Program-made: the position numbers and the translations under genes
Part shown: positions 15,681 to 20,577 of the stretch, one piece after another
How the letters are laid out: each line of letters starts with the position of its first letter
Position numbering within the stretch: the first letter of the stretch is position 1
Virus record (IMG/VR): IMGVR_UViG_2695420478_000010
Reading direction: 5' to 3' (one strand)
Origin: a virus
Taxonomy: Duplodnaviria; Heunggongvirae; Uroviricota; Caudoviricetes
Length of the DNA stretch: 20,577 nt
The notes under the pieces: generated by a model
What the model saw: the letters and a program-made list of their open reading frames with translations, nothing else
What the model was told of the DNA's origin: nothing
The model's database searches: none

Positions 15681-16790
15681 TTAGACCGCGCGGAAGGAAA
15701 TCTCGCCTGGAATGACTTCACCCTGCCAGTAGAGCTGAGCTGCAACGCGGTCAGCCAGCTGGCGGTAGATAGCGGTAAATTCGCTCTCCGGACGGCTGAT
15801 AACCGTTGGCGTGCCTTTATCGAGATCCTCACGTAAGGAGATGTGTAACGGCATCTGCCCCAGCAGCTGTGTATGGTATTTTTCAGCCAGTTTCTCTGCA
15901 CCACCGGTACCGAAAATCGGTTCATGGTGACCACAGTTACTGCAAATATGCACACTCATGTTCTCGACAATACCGAGCACCGGAACCTCGACTTTCTCGA
16001 ACATCACAATGCCTTTTTTCGCATCGATCAACGCGATGTCCTGCGGGGTGGTGACCACGACTGCACCAGTTACTGGAATGTTTTGCGCCAGCGTCAATTG
16101 AATGTCACCGGTGCCTGGCGGCATATCAAGCACCAGATAGTCGAGATCCGGCCACAAGGTTTCCTGCAGCATCTGCATTAACGCCTTGCTCGCCATCGGT
16201 CCACGCCACACCATCGCATTGTCGTCAGTGACCAGATAACCAATTGAATTGGTTGCCAGGCCATGAGACATAATCGGTGCCATATGGGTACCGTCCGGCG
16301 AAGTTGGACGCTGATTTTCTGCGCCCAGCATGGTGGGAATTGATGGGCCGTAGATATCGGCGTCCAGAATGCCGACTTTCGCCCCTTCCGCCGCCAGTGC
16401 CAGCGCCAGGTTTACCGCCGTGGAGGATTTACCCACGCCGCCTTTACCGGAACTGACCGCAATGATGTTCTTCACGCCATTAATACCCGGCTGATTCTTC
16501 ACGCGTTTTAAGGTGGCGATATTGTGCGACAGTTTCCAGTCGATAGCTTTCGCCCCGGTGATACGCAGCAGTTCGGCGCTACATTGCTCTTTTAACTCTT
16601 CAAACGCGCTATGCCAGACGAATGGCATAACCAGTTCCACATGCAACGTGTCGTCCATCCAGGCGACATGGTGCAACGCTTTCAGCGTGGTGAGGTTATG
16701 CTTCAGGGTTGGGTGCTGAAAATTGGCCAGTGTCCCGGCGACCATTGCGCGCAAGGCTTCTGGTGATTTGGCCTGGGATTGTTCGTTCAT
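15681..16790 (-). CDS. mrp: Mrp/ApbC, Fe-S cluster carrier ATPase
   Basis: Start at ATG 16790 (AAGGAG RBS; MNEQSQAKSPE); P-loop GKGGVGKS; the track's earlier start adds 10 residues. Confidence 0.93.
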   Translation of the reverse strand: MNEQSQAKSPEALRAMVAGTLANFQHPTLKHNLTTLKALHHVAWMDDTLHVELVMPFVWHSAFEELKEQCSAELLRITGAKAIDWKLSHNIATLKRVKNQPGINGVKNIIAVSSGKGGVGKSSTAVNLALALAAEGAKVGILDADIYGPSIPTMLGAENQRPTSPDGTHMAPIMSHGLATNSIGYLVTDDNAMVWRGPMASKALMQMLQETLWPDLDYLVLDMPPGTGDIQLTLAQNIPVTGAVVVTTPQDIALIDAKKGIVMFEKVEVPVLGIVENMSVHICSNCGHHEPIFGTGGAEKLAEKYHTQLLGQMPLHISLREDLDKGTPTVISRPESEFTAIYRQLADRVAAQLYWQGEVIPGEISFRAV

Positions 16791-16921
16791 CCCGACTCCT
16801 TTTTTGTATAGATAAACCATCAGCTGATAGTTTACCTGAAGAATATAGAGAAGTACTTACTTAACATTTTCCCATTTGGTACTATCTAACCCCTTTTCAC
16901 TATTAAGAAGTAATGCCTACT

Positions 16922-18955
16922 ATGACTCAAGTCGCGAAGAAAATTCTGGTGACGTGCGCACTGCCGTACGCTAACGGCTCAATCCACCTCGGCCATATGC
17001 TGGAGCACATCCAGGCTGATGTCTGGGTCCGTTACCAGCGAATGCGCGGCCACGAGGTCAACTTCATCTGCGCCGACGATGCCCACGGTACACCGATCAT
17101 GCTGAAAGCTCAGCAGCTTGGTATCACCCCGGAGCAGATGATTGGCGAAATGAGTCAGGAGCATCAGACTGATTTCGCAGGCTTTAACATCAGCTATGAC
17201 AACTATCACTCGACGCACAGCGAAGAGAACCGCCAGTTGTCAGAACTTATCTACTCTCGCCTGAAAGAAAACGGTTTTATTAAAAACCGCACCATCTCTC
17301 AGCTGTACGATCCGGAAAAAGGCATGTTCCTGCCGGACCGTTTTGTAAAAGGCACCTGCCCGAAATGTAAATCCCCGGATCAATACGGCGATAACTGCGA
17401 AGTCTGCGGCGCGACCTACAGCCCGACTGAATTGATCGAGCCGAAATCGGTGGTTTCTGGCGCTACGCCGGTAATGCGTGATTCTGAACACTTCTTCTTT
17501 GATCTGCCCTCTTTCAGCGAAATGTTGCAGGCATGGACCCGCAGCGGTGCGTTGCAGGAGCAGGTGGCAAATAAAATGCAGGAGTGGTTTGAATCTGGCC
17601 TGCAACAGTGGGATATCTCCCGCGACGCGCCGTACTTCGGTTTTGAAATTCCGAACGCGCCGGGTAAATATTTCTACGTCTGGCTAGATGCGCCGATTGG
17701 CTATATGGGTTCTTTCAAGAATCTGTGCGACAAGCGCGGCGACAGCGTAAGCTTCGATGAATACTGGAAGAAAGACTCCACCGCCGAGCTGTACCACTTC
17801 ATCGGTAAAGATATTGTTTACTTCCACAGTCTGTTCTGGCCAGCAATGCTGGAAGGCAGCAACTTCCGCAAGCCGACCAACCTGTTTGTTCATGGCTATG
17901 TGACGGTGAACGGCGCGAAGATGTCTAAGTCTCGCGGTACCTTTATTAAAGCCAGCACCTGGCTGAATCATTTTGACGCCGACAGCCTGCGTTACTACTA
18001 CACTGCGAAACTCTCTTCGCGCATTGATGATATCGATCTCAACCTGGAAGATTTCGTTCAGCGCGTGAATGCCGATATCGTGAACAAAGTGGTTAACCTG
18101 GCCTCCCGCAACGCGGGCTTTATCAACAAGCGTTTTGACGGCGTGCTGGCAAGCGAACTGGCTGACCCGCAGTTGTACAGAACCTTCACTGATGCCGCTG
18201 AAGTGATTGGTGAAGCGTGGGAAAGCCGCGAATTTGGTAAAGCAGTGCGCGAAATCATGGCGCTGGCTGATCTGGCTAACCGCTATGTCGATGAACAGGC
18301 TCCGTGGGTGGTAGCGAAACAGGAAGGCCGCGATGCCGACCTGCAGGCAATTTGCTCAATGGGCATAAACATGTTCCGCGTGCTGATGACTTACCTGAAG
18401 CCGGTACTGCCGAAACTGACCGAGCGCGCAGAAGCATTCCTTAATACGGAACTGACCTGGGATGGTATCCAGCAACCGCTGCTGGGCCATAAAGTGAATC
18501 CGTTCAAGGCGCTGTATAACCGCATAGATATGAAGCAGGTTGAAGCACTGGTGGAAGCGTCTAAAGAAGAAGTGAAAGCAGCTGCCGCGCCGGTAACTGG
18601 CCCGCTGGCAGATGATCCGATTCAGGAAACCATCACCTTTGACGACTTCGCCAAAGTTGACCTGCGCGTGGCGCTGATTGAAAACGCAGAGTTTGTTGAA
18701 GGTTCTGACAAACTGCTACGCCTGACGCTGGATCTCGGCGGCGAAAAGCGTAATGTCTTCTCCGGCATTCGTTCTGCTTACCCGGATCCGCAGGCACTGA
18801 TTGGTCGTCACACCATTATGGTGGCTAACCTGGCACCACGTAAAATGCGCTTCGGTATCTCCGAAGGCATGGTGATGGCTGCCGGTCCTGGCGGGAAAGA
18901 TATTTTCCTGCTAAGCCCGGATGCTGGTGCTAAACCGGGTCATCAGGTGAAATAA
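16922..18955 (+). CDS. metG: Methionyl-tRNA synthetase
   Basis: Start [11 protein letters not shown]; class I HIGH motif (GSIHLGH), KMSKS motif, zinc-knuckle cysteines (CPKC ... CEVC). Confidence 0.95.
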   Translation: MTQVAKKILVTCALPYANGSIHLGHMLEHIQADVWVRYQRMRGHEVNFICADDAHGTPIMLKAQQLGITPEQMIGEMSQEHQTDFAGFNISYDNYHSTHSEENRQLSELIYSRLKENGFIKNRTISQLYDPEKGMFLPDRFVKGTCPKCKSPDQYGDNCEVCGATYSPTELIEPKSVVSGATPVMRDSEHFFFDLPSFSEMLQAWTRSGALQEQVANKMQEWFESGLQQWDISRDAPYFGFEIPNAPGKYFYVWLDAPIGYMGSFKNLCDKRGDSVSFDEYWKKDSTAELYHFIGKDIVYFHSLFWPAMLEGSNFRKPTNLFVHGYVTVNGAKMSKSRGTFIKASTWLNHFDADSLRYYYTAKLSSRIDDIDLNLEDFVQRVNADIVNKVVNLASRNAGFINKRFDGVLASELADPQLYRTFTDAAEVIGEAWESREFGKAVREIMALADLANRYVDEQAPWVVAKQEGRDADLQAICSMGINMFRVLMTYLKPVLPKLTERAEAFLNTELTWDGIQQPLLGHKVNPFKALYNRIDMKQVEALVEASKEEVKAAAAPVTGPLADDPIQETITFDDFAKVDLRVALIENAEFVEGSDKLLRLTLDLGGEKRNVFSGIRSAYPDPQALIGRHTIMVANLAPRKMRFGISEGMVMAAGPGGKDIFLLSPDAGAKPGHQVK

Positions 18956-18964
18956 TCCCCCTTC

Positions 18965-18996
18965 AAGGCGCTGCATCGACAGCGCCTTTTCTTTAT
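18965..18996 (+). terminator. Rho-independent terminator after metG
   Basis: AAGGCGCTG / CAGCGCCTT stem, 6-nt loop, then TTCTTTAT. Confidence 0.7.
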
Positions 18997-19095
18997 AAAT
19001 TCCTAAAGTTGTTTTCTTACGATTTTGTCTCTCTCTAACCCGCATAAATACTGGTAGCATCTGCATTCAACTGGATAAAATTACAGGGATACAGA

Positions 19096-20577
19096 ATGAG
19101 ACACTTTATCTATCAGGACGAAAAATCACATAAATTCTGGGCGGTTGAGCAGCAGGGAAACGAGCTGCATATCAACTGGGGCAAAGTCGGCACTAACGGG
19201 CAAAGCCAGATAAAAAGTTTTGCGGATGCTGCGGCAGCGGCAAAAGCGGAGCTTAAGCTGATCGCAGAGAAAACGAAAAAAGGCTATGTGGAAAATGCTT
19301 CAGCAAACGTGCATATCCCCCCCATTACCAAAGCCACTCCTGAAGTTGAAACTTCCCCTGAGAGTAAAAACCAACGCCCCTGGCTGGCTGATGATGCGGT
19401 CATTCGGCTAACTGACGATATTAATCGATTTGCTTTTCCTCATCGCTCTCGCCCCAGAGAGATCAATTATCTGCACAAAGATGGTCAAATATGGCAGCTC
19501 ATCGCGAATAACACCAGGGCATATGATCCCGCCAACAATTACCGTTCTTATCCAGAAAACTGGCAGCAGGCTTTTGCTGAGTTACAAATGCGAGTTCAGG
19601 GTAATCAACAGACAGGGAGTGCACAATCTGATGCAGCATTGCTCTGGAGTTTCTGGAACTCTTACTCTGCAGATGAACTGGTCGATGACTTAGTCATTCG
19701 CTGTGGTCTGGAAAGTGCCGTTGAAATTGCCCTTCTCGCTCTTCAACTTAGATATAAACCAGTAAAAGGCGCAGTAACCACCATCATTCCACCTAATCAC
19801 AAAGCAGAATCGCTGCCGAGTTGGCATCAACGTCTATGTCATCATCTTTCACTCGCTTCAGAAGATGAGTGGCAACGCTGTGTAGATAAAGTACTCGCCG
19901 CCATTCCGACGCTATCCCCAGCACGGCAACCTTTTGCGGCGTTACTGCTCCCCGAATGCCCGGATATTGCCAATGCTATGGCGCTACGTTATGCAGACCA
20001 AAACGTTCCGGCGATGACCTGGTTAAGTATGATGGTAAGCGATGATGTTGCCCTGGCCATCCAGGAAAAATATGGTTTCCCACCGCTATATAATGATTTC
20101 CGCAAATATCTGGCTACGTTGCTGGCAAATAATGGAATGCGTGGTGTAAGCCGGATTCTTCTCAAGCTACCTGTCGACTATCCCGTAAAATACACGGACC
20201 TTTTCACTCACATACACGCCAATGCTGAAGATCTTGTCAAATGGCTATGGAAAACGAATCACCCGGATGCGATTCAAATTCTGATCCTCGGTGTAAATGG
20301 CAAGAAAAAGCACCTGGAATACTTAAGCAAAGCCTGCCAAAAACATCCCGCTGCGGCTATTGCCGCTTATGCTACTTTGCTGGCAATACATGAAAATAAT
20401 GAGTGGCGTAAAGCGCTTGTCAAACTGATTACCGCCACGCCAGAGTTAGTATGCGAGGTCATTCCCTGGGTTAATGCTAAGGAAGGTGCGAATAAGCAGG
20501 TCATTTCTTCCCAAGCTGACTCGCTGATTAAAATTTCTCGGATCTGGGCCGATTTTTTTCCCGCAAACACATCGAAT
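19096..20577 (+). CDS. molR: MolR-like protein, 5' portion (open frame continues past the window end)
   Basis: Uninterrupted frame for 494 codons from ATG 19096, checked codon by codon; N-terminus has a WGR-like pattern; absent from the ORF track only because no stop is reached. Confidence 0.7.
   Translation, partial: MRHFIYQDEKSHKFWAVEQQGNELHINWGKVGTNGQSQIKSFADAAAAAKAELKLIAEKTKKGYVENASANVHIPPITKATPEVETSPESKNQRPWLADDAVIRLTDDINRFAFPHRSRPREINYLHKDGQIWQLIANNTRAYDPANNYRSYPENWQQAFAELQMRVQGNQQTGSAQSDAALLWSFWNSYSADELVDDLVIRCGLESAVEIALLALQLRYKPVKGAVTTIIPPNHKAESLPSWHQRLCHHLSLASEDEWQRCVDKVLAAIPTLSPARQPFAALLLPECPDIANAMALRYADQNVPAMTWLSMMVSDDVALAIQEKYGFPPLYNDFRKYLATLLANNGMRGVSRILLKLPVDYPVKYTDLFTHIHANAEDLVKWLWKTNHPDAIQILILGVNGKKKHLEYLSKACQKHPAAAIAAYATLLAIHENNEWRKALVKLITATPELVCEVIPWVNAKEGANKQVISSQADSLIKISRIWADFFPANTSN

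Noticed and set aside
15671-16181. ORFs overlapping mrp on both strands
   Set aside because: Alternative-frame and antisense overlaps of the Mrp frame, which carries the P-loop motif.
16979-18258. Minus-strand ORFs (66-121 aa) inside metG
   Set aside because: Antisense shadow ORFs within a highly conserved gene.
19430-19693. 87-aa plus-strand ORF inside the molR region
   Set aside because: Different frame from the long uninterrupted molR frame, which is the supported reading.

Overview
Enterobacterial chromosome segment that reads like the Escherichia coli rcnRAB - yehABCDE - mrp - metG - molR locus, with an integrative element of at least 8 kb occupying the left part of the window (1 to about 7966) and running off the left edge. 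The element carries, all on the minus strand, a tyrosine integrase (GTG start, P4-type N-terminus), an AT-rich 257-aa gene of unknown function translationally coupled to the integrase, an AlpA-like regulator, a tightly coupled operon of four small ORFs ending in a 710-aa P4-type primase/helicase (Walker A SSAGKTT), a cluster of about 12 TGCGGGTTAY iterons (probable origin), two small ORFs, an SSB with the canonical DDIPF tail and a partial PerC-like ORF. The right junction of the element lies inside the thiM TPP riboswitch aptamer: the promoter-proximal part of the aptamer is present and matches the E. coli sequence I recall, then identity stops abruptly and element DNA begins, with the integrase in the same orientation as the thiM promoter. 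The most likely place for an undescribed function is the AT-rich gene coupled to the integrase, plus the small-ORF switch region between alpA and the primase operon; nothing in the sequence tells me what these do. The rest of the window is conserved chromosome (RcnR operator, His-rich RcnA, yeh chaperone-usher fimbrial operon, Mrp/ApbC, MetG, and the 5' part of molR with an uninterrupted frame to the window end). All calls are from reading the sequence and recalled family features; no database search or computation was run.
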